Positions 33,569 through 43,403 of a stretch of 64,000 nucleotides of DNA are shown piece after piece. Source of the DNA: Protaetiibacter sp. (GTDB lineage: Bacteria > Actinomycetota > Actinomycetes > Actinomycetales > Microbacteriaceae). The translations under genes and the position numbers were made by a program. Under the pieces are notes generated by a model that worked only from the letters and a program-made list of their open reading frames with translations, ran no database searches and had not been told where the DNA came from. The DNA is taken from NCBI GenBank assembly GCA_051954835.1, contig JBQCHI010000029.1, positions 11,621-75,620 of the forward strand, in the 5' to 3' direction. Position 1 is the stretch's first letter, and each line of letters starts with the position of its first letter.

Positions 33569-35725
33569 CTACCTCACGCCGCGGATGGGCGGGTGGTGGA
33601 AGGTATCGCCGAAGGCCTTCTCGCTCGCTCCGACCCGGTCGAGGTACGGCGTGGCGCCACCCATCTGGAACGGCCAGCCGGCACCGAGGATCATGCACAG
33701 GTCGATGTCCTCGGGGCCCGCCACGACACCATCCTCGAGCATGCGATGGATCTCGTCAGCGAGGCCGACCTGGAGCCGCTCACGCAGCTGCTCGGGGCTG
33801 AGCGCCACGGCATCCGCGGGGCGGTGCTTCCTGACGATCTCGAGTGCCTTCTTGTCGTAGCCCTTGATCTTGCCCTTCGCATCCTTCTCGAAGATCGCGC
33901 CATGCTCCGCGAGTTCGTGCAGCGCGGGGCTGTCGAAGAAGCGGTCGGGGAATGCGGTGTGGTGCGTGTCGAGCACGTGCGCACCCACCTTGAGCCCCAC
34001 GAGGTCGAGCAGCACGAAGGGATCCATCGGCAGGCCGAACGGGCGCGCCGCCTCGACGACGTCCTCGAACGAGGCACCCTGCTCGACCGCGTGCATCGCC
34101 TCGCCGAGCACCTTGGCGAGCACGCGGTTGACGACGAATCCCGGCGTGTCCTTCGTGATGACCGCGTTCTTGCGCAGTTGCGCAGCGGTGACCATCGCTG
34201 TCGACAGGGCAGCATCCGTGGTCTGCGGCGTCTTCACGACCTCGATGAGCGGCATGACCGCGACCGGGTTGAAGAAGTGGAAGCCGACGAGCCGCTCGGG
34301 GTGCTTCAGCTTCGCGCCGATCTGCTCGACCGAGAGCGAGGACGTGTTGGTCGCGAGGATCGCCTCGGGCGAGATGTGCTGCTCGACCTCGGCGAACACC
34401 GCCTGCTTGACCCCGAGCTCCTCGAAGACGGCCTCGATGACCCAGTCGCACTCGGCGAAGTCGGCCTTGTCGGTGGTTCCCGTCACGAGAGCCTTGAGGC
34501 GGTTCGCCTCATCCGAGACGATGCGGCCCTTCGCGAGCAGCTCGTCGATCTCACCGTGGATGGTGGCCACGCCCTTGTCCACACGCGCCTGGTCGAGGTC
34601 GGTGATCACGACCGGCACCTGCAGACGCCGCACGAACAGGAGGGCGAACTGGGTGGCCATGAGCCCCGCACCGATCACGCCGACCTTGGTGACCTTCTGG
34701 GCGAGCTGCTTGTCGGGGGCGCCCGCCGGCTTCTTCGCACGCTTCTGCACGAGGTTGAACGCGTAGATGGATGCGCGGAACTGGTCACCCGAGATGAGAT
34801 CGGCGAGCGCGGCGTCCTCGGCGAGGAAGCCCGCCTTCTTGTCGGTGTTCTTGGCCGCCTTCAGCAGCTCGAGCGCCTGGTAGGGGCTCTTCGCGACCTC
34901 GCCGATGCGGCTCTTGAGCGTCTTCTCGGCGATGCCGATCGCGACATCCCATTTGGCGAGACGTTCGAGCTTGCCGGGCGCGTTCGGGCGCTTCACCTTG
35001 ATCCTGCCGGTGACGACGCCGTCGGCCCAGGAGAGCGACTCCTCGAGGAAGTTCGCGGGGCCGAACATGGCATCCGCGATGCCGAGCTCGAACGCCTGCG
35101 GCCCCTTGAGCATCCGGTTGTTCTTGAGCGGGTTCGAGATGACGACCTCGAGCGCGTTCTCGATGCCGATGAGGTTCGGCAGCAACCACGCACCGCCCCA
35201 GCCGGGGATGATGCCGAGGAACACCTCCGGAAGCGCGAGCGCCGGCACCGAGGAGTCGATCGTGCGGTAATCGGCGTTGAGGCCGATCTCGACGCCGCCG
35301 CCGAGGGCGAGCCCGTTGATGAACACGAAGCTCGGAACCCCGAGCTCGCCGAGCTTGCCGAGGGTCTTGTGGCCGAGTTGCGCCATCAGCAGGCCGGTCT
35401 CGTGGTCCTCGATCTCGCCGACCTTCGAGAGATCTGCGCCCGCCGCGAGGATGAACTGCTTGCCGGTGACGGCCACGGCGTCGATCTCGCCCGCCTTCGC
35501 GCGCGCGGCGAGCTCGTCGAGCCTCTCGCCGAGCTCGGTGAGGGTCGCGGGGCCGAGCGTGTTCGGGCGCGTGTAGTCGCGGCCGTTGTCGAGGGTGAGC
35601 AGCGCGATCGTCGTGCCGCTCGGCATCCGGATGTCGCGCACGTAGGAGTGCGTGACCACCTCGTCGGGGTCGAGGGCGACGAGCTTGCCGAAGTCGGAGG
35701 AGCTGTAGTCGGGAAGCTTGCTCAT
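33569..35725 (-). CDS. fadB: Bifunctional enoyl-CoA hydratase / 3-hydroxyacyl-CoA dehydrogenase
   Basis: 718 aa. N-terminal crotonase fold (FILAAGADL, ALGGGVEIGL) plus an NAD-binding GVIGAGLMATQFA and the HFFNPV motif. Confidence 0.9.
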   Translation of the reverse strand: MSKLPDYSSSDFGKLVALDPDEVVTHSYVRDIRMPSGTTIALLTLDNGRDYTRPNTLGPATLTELGERLDELAARAKAGEIDAVAVTGKQFILAAGADLSKVGEIEDHETGLLMAQLGHKTLGKLGELGVPSFVFINGLALGGGVEIGLNADYRTIDSSVPALALPEVFLGIIPGWGGAWLLPNLIGIENALEVVISNPLKNNRMLKGPQAFELGIADAMFGPANFLEESLSWADGVVTGRIKVKRPNAPGKLERLAKWDVAIGIAEKTLKSRIGEVAKSPYQALELLKAAKNTDKKAGFLAEDAALADLISGDQFRASIYAFNLVQKRAKKPAGAPDKQLAQKVTKVGVIGAGLMATQFALLFVRRLQVPVVITDLDQARVDKGVATIHGEIDELLAKGRIVSDEANRLKALVTGTTDKADFAECDWVIEAVFEELGVKQAVFAEVEQHISPEAILATNTSSLSVEQIGAKLKHPERLVGFHFFNPVAVMPLIEVVKTPQTTDAALSTAMVTAAQLRKNAVITKDTPGFVVNRVLAKVLGEAMHAVEQGASFEDVVEAARPFGLPMDPFVLLDLVGLKVGAHVLDTHHTAFPDRFFDSPALHELAEHGAIFEKDAKGKIKGYDKKALEIVRKHRPADAVALSPEQLRERLQVGLADEIHRMLEDGVVAGPEDIDLCMILGAGWPFQMGGATPYLDRVGASEKAFGDTFHHPPIRGVR

Positions 35726-35728
35726 GGG

Positions 35729-36937
35729 TTACTTCGCTCCCTTGTAGTGCGGGTTCTCCCAGATGACCGATCCGCCTTGGCCGAGGCCGACGCACATCGC
35801 GGTGAGGCCGTAGCGCACCTCGGGGTGCTCCTCGAACTGACGCGCGAGCTGGATCATGAGGCGCACACCCGAGGATGCGAGGGGGTGCCCGATCGCGATC
35901 GCCCCGCCCCAGGGGTTCACCCGGGGGTCGTCGTCGTCGATGCCGAAGTGGTCGAGGAACGACAGCACCTGCACGGCGAAGGCCTCGTTGAGCTCGAAGA
36001 GGCCGATGTCGGCGATCGAGAGCCCAGCCTTCCGCAGGGCCTTCTCAGTGGAGGGGATCGGGCCGATACCCATGACCTCGGGCTCGACGCCGGCGAAGGC
36101 GAACGACACCATGCGCATCTTCACGGGCAGGCCGAGCTCGCGGGCGGCCTCCGCACTCGCGATGAGCGAGACGGTCGCGCCATCGGTGAGCGGGGATGCG
36201 TTGCCGGCGGTGACCCGGCCGTGCGGACGGAACGGCGTCTTGAGGCCCGCGAGCGCTTCCATCGTGGTGCCGGGACGCATGCCCTCGTCTTCGGTTGCGA
36301 GCCCCCATCCGGCCTCGGACTTGATGGCGACGGGCACGAGGTCGGGCTGGATCCTGCCGGCCTCGTAGGCGGCGGCCACCTTCTGCTGGCTGCGCATCGA
36401 GAAACGATCGCTGCGTTCCTTCGTGAGCTGCGGGAAGCGATCGTGCAGACGCTCGGCGGTGTTGCCCATGTTGAGCGAGTCGGCGGAGACGAGCTTCTCG
36501 GCGAGGAACCGAGGGTTGGGGTCGGCGTTGAACCCCATCGGGTGGCGACCCATGTGCTCGACGCCGCCGGCGATACCGATGTCGTAGGCGCCGAAGGCGA
36601 TCGCGCCCGCGATCGTCGTGACGCTCGTCATCGCGCCCGCGCACATCCGGTCGATCGCGTAGCCGGGCACCGAGAGCGGCAAGCCCGCGAGGATCGCGGC
36701 GGTGCGGCCGAGCGTCAGCCCCTGGTCGCCCTGCTGTGTCGTCGCGGCGATGGCGACGTCGTCGATGCGCTCCTTCGGCAGTCCGGGGTTGCGTTCGAGC
36801 AGACCGATCATCGCCTTGACGATGAGGTCGTCGGCGCGGGTGTTCCAGTACTGGCCCGTCTCGCCGGCGCGTCCGAACGGGGTGCGAACCCCGTCCACGA
36901 ACACGACGTCGGAGTGAGCCGAGGGCGTTTGGGCCAC
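35729..36937 (-). CDS. fadA: Acetyl-CoA C-acyltransferase (thiolase)
   Basis: GTG 36937 lies 5 nt after GGAGG and gives VAQTPSAHSDVVFVDGVRTPFGRAG. It has the active-site DRMCAGAMTS and the C-terminal GLTAMCVGLGQG. Confidence 0.92.
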   Translation of the reverse strand: MAQTPSAHSDVVFVDGVRTPFGRAGETGQYWNTRADDLIVKAMIGLLERNPGLPKERIDDVAIAATTQQGDQGLTLGRTAAILAGLPLSVPGYAIDRMCAGAMTSVTTIAGAIAFGAYDIGIAGGVEHMGRHPMGFNADPNPRFLAEKLVSADSLNMGNTAERLHDRFPQLTKERSDRFSMRSQQKVAAAYEAGRIQPDLVPVAIKSEAGWGLATEDEGMRPGTTMEALAGLKTPFRPHGRVTAGNASPLTDGATVSLIASAEAARELGLPVKMRMVSFAFAGVEPEVMGIGPIPSTEKALRKAGLSIADIGLFELNEAFAVQVLSFLDHFGIDDDDPRVNPWGGAIAIGHPLASSGVRLMIQLARQFEEHPEVRYGLTAMCVGLGQGGSVIWENPHYKGAK

Positions 36938-37049
36938 GATGCCTCCACTTATCGGGGGACGGATGCGGGCGCGATCGCGCACATCCGGGTGTCTGTCTCG
37001 ATCCTAGGCAGCGGGGTGCGCACGCGCTCGAATCGTTCGACGGAAGCTA

Positions 37050-38282
37050 CTACGCCTCGGCGGGGCCGACGGCAGGCGCTTGGCGCGCCTCCACAAACGC
37101 GGTCGCGATGAGGGGGGCGAGTTCGTCGACCTGCCAGGGCCGGGCCCCCAACTCGGAGAGCGCCGCCCCGATCGTCGAGGCGTCGATCTCGGCGGGGGGC
37201 GCCCAGGCCACGCGCCGCAGCGTGTCGGGGGTGAGCATGTTCTCGACCGGGATCTCGAGCTCCTCGGCGCGCGCGGTGACGGCGGCACGGGCACGCTTGA
37301 GGCGTCGATCGGCCTCGGGGTTTTTGTCGGCCCACAGCCGCGGCGCCGGCACGCCGTCGCCCGTACCGCGCATGTTCGGCGGCTCGGGGTCCGCGATCCC
37401 GGTCTCCACGGCCGCCCACCAGCGGTCGAGCTCGCGACGGCTCGCGCGACCCGTGAACTCCTTGAGCGCCGCGAGATCGCGCTTGCTCGCAGGCTGAGCC
37501 TTCGCGACGGCGACGAGCGAGAGGTCGGGCACGAGTCGGCCGGGAGCGACGTCGAGCTCCTGCGCGAGCTCATCGCGGGAGGTCCACAGAGCCCGCGCGA
37601 TCGCGAGCTGGCGTGGGGTGCGCAGCGCGTGCATGCCCGAGAGCCGGCGCCACGGCTCGTGACGTACCGGGGTGTCGCGCTGGAGCACGGCGGCGAACTC
37701 CTGCCGGGCGATCTCGGTTTTCCCGCCGGCCTCGAGCAGTTCCGCGATGCGATCGCGCAACTCGGGCAGCGGCTCGACGTCGAGCGCCGCGTACACGAGC
37801 CAGCCCTGAGGCAGCGGCCTCGTCGACCAGTCGGCCGCCGAATGCGCCTTCGCGAGGTGGATGCCGAGCAGTTCCTCGACGACCGTCGCGAGTCCGACGC
37901 GGGGCAGCCCCGCAAGGCGGGCGCCGAGCTCCGTGTCGAAGATGCGCTGCGGGTCGAGTCCGACCTCGCGCAGGCATGCGAGATCCTGACTCGCCGCATG
38001 CAGGATCCACTCCTCGGATTCCATCACCTCGGCGAGCTCGCGGAAGTCGCCGATGGGGGGCGGATCGAAGAGGAAGGTGCCCGAGCCGCGTCGATACACC
38101 TGGATGAGGTAGGCGCGCTGCGAGTACCGGAATCCGGAGGCGCGCTCGGCGTCGACGGCGAACGGCCCAGCGCCGGCCCCGAGCGCCTCGACCGCTTCGA
38201 GATACTCCTCGCGTGTGTCGATGACGCCGACCTCGGCGTGCTCGGCCTCGGTCGTCGCGGGTGGGGGTGCAGCCTCAGTCAC
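37050..38282 (-). CDS. rnd: Ribonuclease D (DEDD 3'-5' exonuclease plus HRDC)
   Basis: FAVDAERASGFRYSQRAYLIQV, WILHAASQDLACL and YAALDVEPL are the Exo I-III motifs. GTG 38282 overlaps the upstream stop. ATG 38315 is an alternative start. Confidence 0.85.
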   Translation of the reverse strand: MTEAAPPPATTEAEHAEVGVIDTREEYLEAVEALGAGAGPFAVDAERASGFRYSQRAYLIQVYRRGSGTFLFDPPPIGDFRELAEVMESEEWILHAASQDLACLREVGLDPQRIFDTELGARLAGLPRVGLATVVEELLGIHLAKAHSAADWSTRPLPQGWLVYAALDVEPLPELRDRIAELLEAGGKTEIARQEFAAVLQRDTPVRHEPWRRLSGMHALRTPRQLAIARALWTSRDELAQELDVAPGRLVPDLSLVAVAKAQPASKRDLAALKEFTGRASRRELDRWWAAVETGIADPEPPNMRGTGDGVPAPRLWADKNPEADRRLKRARAAVTARAEELEIPVENMLTPDTLRRVAWAPPAEIDASTIGAALSELGARPWQVDELAPLIATAFVEARQAPAVGPAEA

Positions 38283-38865
38283 GTGTCGCCCGTCGGTGGG
38301 GGAGGGAGATGGCATCGGATGACGGCGGGAGCCCCGCGAGCATGCACAGCAGGTCGCACCACGCCTCCACCTGTGCCCCGACATCCGGCCCCGTCGGCGA
38401 CCAGGATGCGCGCAGCTCGAGCTGCGCGGCATCACCCTGACCGGAGAGCTCGCCGAAGCCCGTCGAGAGCACCTTTGTCGCCGTGCCTGAGGGAGAGGAG
38501 TATCGGGCGCCGCGCGCGTCGAGCGCATCGATCAGCCACGACCAGGTGACCTCGGCGATGAACGGGTCGATGCCGATCTCGGTCTCCAGCGGCGCCTGCG
38601 CGAACGCGACGACCCGGAACGGGCCGTCCCACGCGTCGGGTTCCTCGGGGTCGTAGAGCAGCACGAAACGTCCGGTTCCCAGGATCGAGTCGATGCCGTG
38701 CTCCGTCGGGCGCACGTCGGCGGCGAGGGCGATCGCGTACGGGGCGAGCCCGGTCGGCGCAGGGATCTCGACGACCTCCATCTCCGAGCGCGGTCGTGCC
38801 GCCCGCACGGCGGCGACCGCACGCGCGAAGGGCGCGGGAGCGGCCTCGGACTCGGGGGTGGTCAC
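38275..38865 (-). CDS. DUF3000-family protein
   Basis: 196 aa. It is the conserved upstream partner of rnd in actinobacteria (family name from memory). GTG start. Confidence 0.72.
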   Translation of the reverse strand: MTTPESEAAPAPFARAVAAVRAARPRSEMEVVEIPAPTGLAPYAIALAADVRPTEHGIDSILGTGRFVLLYDPEEPDAWDGPFRVVAFAQAPLETEIGIDPFIAEVTWSWLIDALDARGARYSSPSGTATKVLSTGFGELSGQGDAAQLELRASWSPTGPDVGAQVEAWCDLLCMLAGLPPSSDAISLPHRRATRD

Positions 38866-38932
38866 GAGTGAAGCCTAGGATTCTCGCGGAAGGCCGCGGC
38901 GGTGCCACGCCGTCGCGGGATGGGAGGTCGTC

Positions 38933-40153
38933 GTGCCGCGTCGGGTGATCCGGAGGCGTTCGCCGTTCGCCTCGCTGCTCTGGGGTGTTCTGGGCCTCGG
39001 TGCGGTCGTCGGTCTCGGTGTCGCCGTCGTGAGCGCGATGGTGGCGCGCACGGTCGTGATCCCGCCCTCGCGGCGGGAGGACGACATCCGCATCCTGGGC
39101 TATGACGTCGATGCCCGCACCATCACTCTCTCGGCGACGCCGGACTCGCTGTTGCCGGGGGAGTACAGCTTCTGGTTCTCGGGTGACACCGGTCACGCGC
39201 GGGTCGGCGAGATCGTCGCCGTCGACCGCTGGGGCGTCACGCGCGAGGTGCTCGCCGTCGACTTCGGCGATCTCGCCCACGCGCGGCGGGGACGATTCAG
39301 CGGATGGTTCTGGCTCACCCCGCGCGCGCTCGGCGTGCCCTACGAGAACGTCGCCATCTCGACACCGCTCGGGATCGCCCCCGCCTGGTTCGTGCCGGCG
39401 GCCGGCGACACGGATCGCTGGGTCATCCAGGTGCACGGCCGCGCCGTGCGGCGGGCGGAGACCCTCCGCGCCGTGACCCCGTTCCGTGAATCGGGCTACC
39501 ACTCGCTCCTGGTCTCGTATCGCAACGACGGCGAGGCGCCGCGCAGCGCCGACCACCGCTACGCGCTCGGGGACCGCGAGTGGGTCGATGTGGATGCGGC
39601 GATGGCGTATGCGATCGCCAACGGTGCGCGGGAGATCGTGCTCATGGGCTGGTCGATGGGCGGGGCGACGGTGCTGCAGGCGCTCACCCGTTCACCGCGG
39701 GCCGCTCTCGTGACCGGCGTCGTGCTGGATTCGCCCGTGGTCGACTGGATCGCGACACTCGACTTCCAGGCGCGGATGCGGCGGCTGCCGGGTGTCGTCC
39801 GCTGGGGTGTGTACACCCTCATCCGCTCGCGCTGGGGGCGGGTGGTGACGGGACTCGCGGAGCCGCTCGATCTCGAGCGCCTCGACTTCGTCTCGCGCGC
39901 CGCCGAGCTGGACCGCCCGATCCTGCTGCTGCACAGCGTCGACGACGGCTTCGTGCCGGCCACGGCGTCGATCGCGTTGGCGGCGGCACGGCCCGACATC
40001 GTGACCTTCGAGGAGTTCACCGTCGCGCGACACACGAAGCTGTGGAACTACGACCGCACCCGCTGGGAGGACGCGATCCGCAATTGGCTCGCGTCGATCG
40101 ACGATGCGCCCGGTGACCCTCAGGAGTCGGCGGAGAGCACCCAGCGGGCGTAG
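38933..40153 (+). CDS. Membrane-anchored alpha/beta hydrolase
   Basis: N-terminal TM (LLWGVLGLGAVVGLGVAVVSAMV), nucleophile elbow GWSMGG, then later D and H (LLLHSVDDG, ARHTKLW). Confidence 0.8.
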   Translation: MPRRVIRRRSPFASLLWGVLGLGAVVGLGVAVVSAMVARTVVIPPSRREDDIRILGYDVDARTITLSATPDSLLPGEYSFWFSGDTGHARVGEIVAVDRWGVTREVLAVDFGDLAHARRGRFSGWFWLTPRALGVPYENVAISTPLGIAPAWFVPAAGDTDRWVIQVHGRAVRRAETLRAVTPFRESGYHSLLVSYRNDGEAPRSADHRYALGDREWVDVDAAMAYAIANGAREIVLMGWSMGGATVLQALTRSPRAALVTGVVLDSPVVDWIATLDFQARMRRLPGVVRWGVYTLIRSRWGRVVTGLAEPLDLERLDFVSRAAELDRPILLLHSVDDGFVPATASIALAAARPDIVTFEEFTVARHTKLWNYDRTRWEDAIRNWLASIDDAPGDPQESAESTQRA

Positions 40154-40863
40154 AGCCCGCCAGCGTCGTCGAGGAGCAGGCTCGCAAGTCGTGCGCCCAC
40201 GGACGGGTGCTGCTGTGCGCCGAGCACCGGCAGGCCGCCGCCGGTGAGGCGCGGGCTCGTGGAGAGGCAGAGTTCGCCGACGAGGCCTTCCGCGACGAGC
40301 GCGGCGGCGAGCGACGGCCCGCCCTCCGAGACGATCCGCGGAGCCCCGTGCTCGGTAAGGGCGGAGAGCGCCTCGCCCAGCCGCACCCGCCCGGAGGGGT
40401 CGGGTGCGAGCGGAACGAAGACGTGGGGGGTGAGGAGCGTCTCGGCGGCGCGATCGCGCGCGGAGGGTGGGCCGATCACGAGCAGCTTCTCGGCATCGGC
40501 GGCCGAGGCCTGTTCGGTGGCACGCAGCTCGGCGGAGCTCAGATCGCCCGTTGCGGTGAGCACGGCCAGGCGTGCCGTGCGCGGCACGAGGTACCCCTCG
40601 CGGCGCAGGGTGGCGGCGCCGATCAGCACGACGTCGCTCTCGGCGCGGATGGCGCCGAGCACGGCGCGATCCGCGCGGCTCGAGAGCGACTCCGAGGTGC
40701 CGTCGTCGCCTCGCGCGCTTCCGTCGATGCTCGCGACGAGGTTGAGGCGGATGCCGGGTGCGGCGGCGTCGCGGCGGTACAGAGCCCGCAGACGGTCGCG
40801 GCTACCCGGCGCGCCGACCTCGATCGGCTCGCCCGGCTCGGGATGCACCGGGCGCAGGATCAC
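40120..40863 (-). CDS. RibD C-terminal-domain (DHFR-like reductase fold) protein
   Basis: GTG 40863 sits in a GTGA overlap with the sufE stop. LNLVASIDGSARGDDGTSESLSS..DRAVLGAIRAESDVVLIGAATLR..IVSEGGPSLAAALVAEGLVGELCLSTSP matches the pyrimidine-reductase-type fold. Confidence 0.7.
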   Translation of the reverse strand: MILRPVHPEPGEPIEVGAPGSRDRLRALYRRDAAAPGIRLNLVASIDGSARGDDGTSESLSSRADRAVLGAIRAESDVVLIGAATLRREGYLVPRTARLAVLTATGDLSSAELRATEQASAADAEKLLVIGPPSARDRAAETLLTPHVFVPLAPDPSGRVRLGEALSALTEHGAPRIVSEGGPSLAAALVAEGLVGELCLSTSPRLTGGGLPVLGAQQHPSVGARLASLLLDDAGGLYARWVLSADS

Positions 40864-41297
40864 GCGGCCGACTTCTCGCGCACCTGGCGTTGGGTGCGCG
40901 CGAGCAGGCCCGACATCCCCCGGATCCGCAGCGGGCTGACCGCCTCGGTGAGGCCGATCGTGAGCGGGTAGTCGCTCGGCACCGCGAGCACCTGCTCGGC
41001 GGTCAGGCCGGCGAGACCGTGCACGAGGATCGAGGCGAAGCCACGGGTCGTGGGCGACTCCGGCGGGGCCGTCGCGTGCAGGTGCACGATGCCTTCGTCG
41101 TCGAGCTCGACGAAGATGTAGACCGGCGACTGGCACTCCTCGACGCGTTCGAGCAGGTCGGGGTGGTCGGCGTAGCGCGTCGGCAGCCCCGGCAGGTCGC
41201 GGGAGAACTCGAGCAGGAGCTGCAACCGGTCCGGCTGCTCGAGCGCGAGGAAGTCGTCGCGGATCTCCGCGAGCTTCTCGGGAAGGTGCGCGTTCAC
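40860..41297 (-). CDS. sufE: SufE-like sulfur acceptor protein
   Basis: 145 aa. DRLQLLLEF, VEECQSPVYIF (acceptor Cys) and IRGMSGLL are typical of SufE/CsdE. Confidence 0.85.
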   Translation of the reverse strand: MNAHLPEKLAEIRDDFLALEQPDRLQLLLEFSRDLPGLPTRYADHPDLLERVEECQSPVYIFVELDDEGIVHLHATAPPESPTTRGFASILVHGLAGLTAEQVLAVPSDYPLTIGLTEAVSPLRIRGMSGLLARTQRQVREKSAA

Positions 41298-41324
41298 GCC
41301 ATCAGCTCGCGAGACGCCCGCGGT

Positions 41325-42239
41325 TCAGCGGACAGGCACCGTGCCCGGCTCGGCACCCTTGACGATGGGAACGCGCACGGCGCTGCCCCATTCGGTCCAC
41401 GACCCGTCATAGTTGCGCACTCCCTTGAAGCCGAGAAGATGGGTGAGCACGAACCAGGTGTGGCTCGAGCGCTCGCCGATCCGGCAATAGGCGATCACGC
41501 TATCACCGTCCTTCAGGCCGGCGCCGTCACGGTAGATGGCGTCGAGTTCGTCCTTCGACTTGAAGGTGCCGTCCTCCGCGACCGCCTTGGCCCACGGCAC
41601 ACTCTGGGCCGTCGGGATGTGGCCGCCGCGCAGCGCGCCCTCCTCCGGATAGGCGGGCATGTGTGTGCGCTCGCCCGAGTACTCCTCGGGGGAGCGCACA
41701 TCGATCAGGGCCCTGCCCTGGGGGTCCTGCCCGAGGTGGGCGAGCACGTCCTCCTTGAAGGCGCGCACGGCCGCGTCGTCGCGCTCGACGACCGGATAGT
41801 CGACGGGTTCCCGAACGGGAGCTTCGGTCGTGTACGGCCGTCCCTCGGCTTCCCACTTCGCACGGCCGCCGTCGAGCAGGCGCACGTCCTCGTGGCCGAA
41901 GAGGGTGAAGACCCACAGCGCGTAGGCGGCCCACCAGTTGTGCTTGTCGCCGTAGATGACGATCGTGTCGTCGCGGGAGATCCCTCGGTCGCCGAGCAGC
42001 TTCGCGAAGCCCGCACCATCGAGGTAGTCGCGCTCGACGGGGTCGTTGAGGTCGGTGTGCCAGTCGATCTTCACGGCGCCCTCGATGTGACCCGTCTCGT
42101 AGAGCAGCACGTCCTCATCCGACTCGACCACGACGAGACCCGGCTGCCCGAGGTGTTCGGCGAGCCACTCCGTGCTCACGAGCCGATCGGGGTGCGCGAA
42201 GGCGGAGAAAGCGGGATTCGGGTCGGGTGCGACGGCCAT
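41325..42239 (-). CDS. sseA: Thiosulfate / 3-mercaptopyruvate sulfurtransferase (tandem rhodanese)
   Basis: ATG 42239 follows AAGGAG. Two rhodanese domains, with the active-site loop CRIGERSS in the second. Confidence 0.9.
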   Translation of the reverse strand: MAVAPDPNPAFSAFAHPDRLVSTEWLAEHLGQPGLVVVESDEDVLLYETGHIEGAVKIDWHTDLNDPVERDYLDGAGFAKLLGDRGISRDDTIVIYGDKHNWWAAYALWVFTLFGHEDVRLLDGGRAKWEAEGRPYTTEAPVREPVDYPVVERDDAAVRAFKEDVLAHLGQDPQGRALIDVRSPEEYSGERTHMPAYPEEGALRGGHIPTAQSVPWAKAVAEDGTFKSKDELDAIYRDGAGLKDGDSVIAYCRIGERSSHTWFVLTHLLGFKGVRNYDGSWTEWGSAVRVPIVKGAEPGTVPVR

Positions 42240-42389
42240 AGCGGTGTCTCCTTGCGGGTAGGCTTCTGATGTCCAGGGTAGGCATTCGCCACCCGGGCCG
42301 CTGACAGAGGTCGTAAGAGTTCGCCACAGACTCCGAGAGCCTGTCGCGGCCGCCTCACTCGCCGCCGCTGGCAGCCCCGGAAGGCCCGT

Positions 42390-43403
42390 ATGTCGCAGCA
42401 GCCCGCCGCGTCGCTCCTCGACCGCGCTCCGCAGATGTCCGGCGACGAGATGGCCGCCTCGCTCGTTCCGCCGCGGCAGTTCGCGCACGCGACGCTCGAG
42501 AGCTACCGACCGGACCCGGACTTCCCCTCGCAGTCCGATGCGGTCGAGAAGGTGCGTGCCTTCGCGGATGTCATGCGCGGGGGCGGAGGCGGCGCGCGCG
42601 GGCTGTTCGGTCGTCGCAAGGCACCCGAGACCAAGCCGGGCATCTACCTCGATGGCGGCTTCGGCGTGGGCAAGACGCATCTGCTCGCGGCGCTGTGGCA
42701 TCTTGCTCCGGGCCGGAAGTACTTCGGGACGTTCATCGAGTACACCGCGCTCGTGGGCGCTCTGGGCTATGCACAGGCGACCGCGTTGTTCCGGGGCGCC
42801 TCCCTCGTCGCGATCGACGAGTTCGAGCTCGACGATCCCGGCGACACGATGATGATGAGTCGCCTGCTGGGAGAGCTCGCCGCGAGCGGCACGCGCATCG
42901 CGGCCACCTCGAACACGCCCCCCAACGCGCTCGGAGAGGGCCGGTTCGCGGCCGCCGACTTCCTGCGCGAGATCCAGGCGCTCGCCGACCGCTTCGACAT
43001 CATCCGCATCGACGGGCTCGACTACCGCCGTCGCGAGATCGAAGGCCACGCTGTCGTCACCGACGAGCAGCAGTTGGGCCAGGCGCTCGCGTCGCTCGAG
43101 GGCACGACGACGCTCGACGACTTCGACGCGCTCCTCACCCACCTGGGGCGTGTGCATCCGTCGCGGTACGTGCGGATGGTGGAGGGACTCGGCGGCGTCG
43201 GGCTCCACGGGGTGCACACCCTCGTCGATCAGTCGGATGCGCTGCGTTTCGTGGCGTTCGTCGACCGGCTCTACGACGAGCAGGTGCGCGTGGTGGCATC
43301 CGGAACCCCGCTCGACGAGGTCTTCGGCGCGGAGATGATGGCGGGCGGCTATCGCAAGAAGTATCAGCGCGCCGTGTCGCGCCTCATCGCTCTGACGAAC
43401 TGA
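42390..43403 (+). CDS. zapE: ZapE / AFG1-family ATPase
   Basis: Walker [12 protein letters not shown] and Walker [11 protein letters not shown]. 337 aa. Confidence 0.85.
   Translation: MSQQPAASLLDRAPQMSGDEMAASLVPPRQFAHATLESYRPDPDFPSQSDAVEKVRAFADVMRGGGGGARGLFGRRKAPETKPGIYLDGGFGVGKTHLLAALWHLAPGRKYFGTFIEYTALVGALGYAQATALFRGASLVAIDEFELDDPGDTMMMSRLLGELAASGTRIAATSNTPPNALGEGRFAAADFLREIQALADRFDIIRIDGLDYRRREIEGHAVVTDEQQLGQALASLEGTTTLDDFDALLTHLGRVHPSRYVRMVEGLGGVGLHGVHTLVDQSDALRFVAFVDRLYDEQVRVVASGTPLDEVFGAEMMAGGYRKKYQRAVSRLIALTN

Noticed and set aside
33548-37111. 1187-aa plus-strand ORF
   Set aside because: It is antisense to fadB/fadA, which carry clear crotonase, HADH and thiolase motifs. It is a shadow frame.
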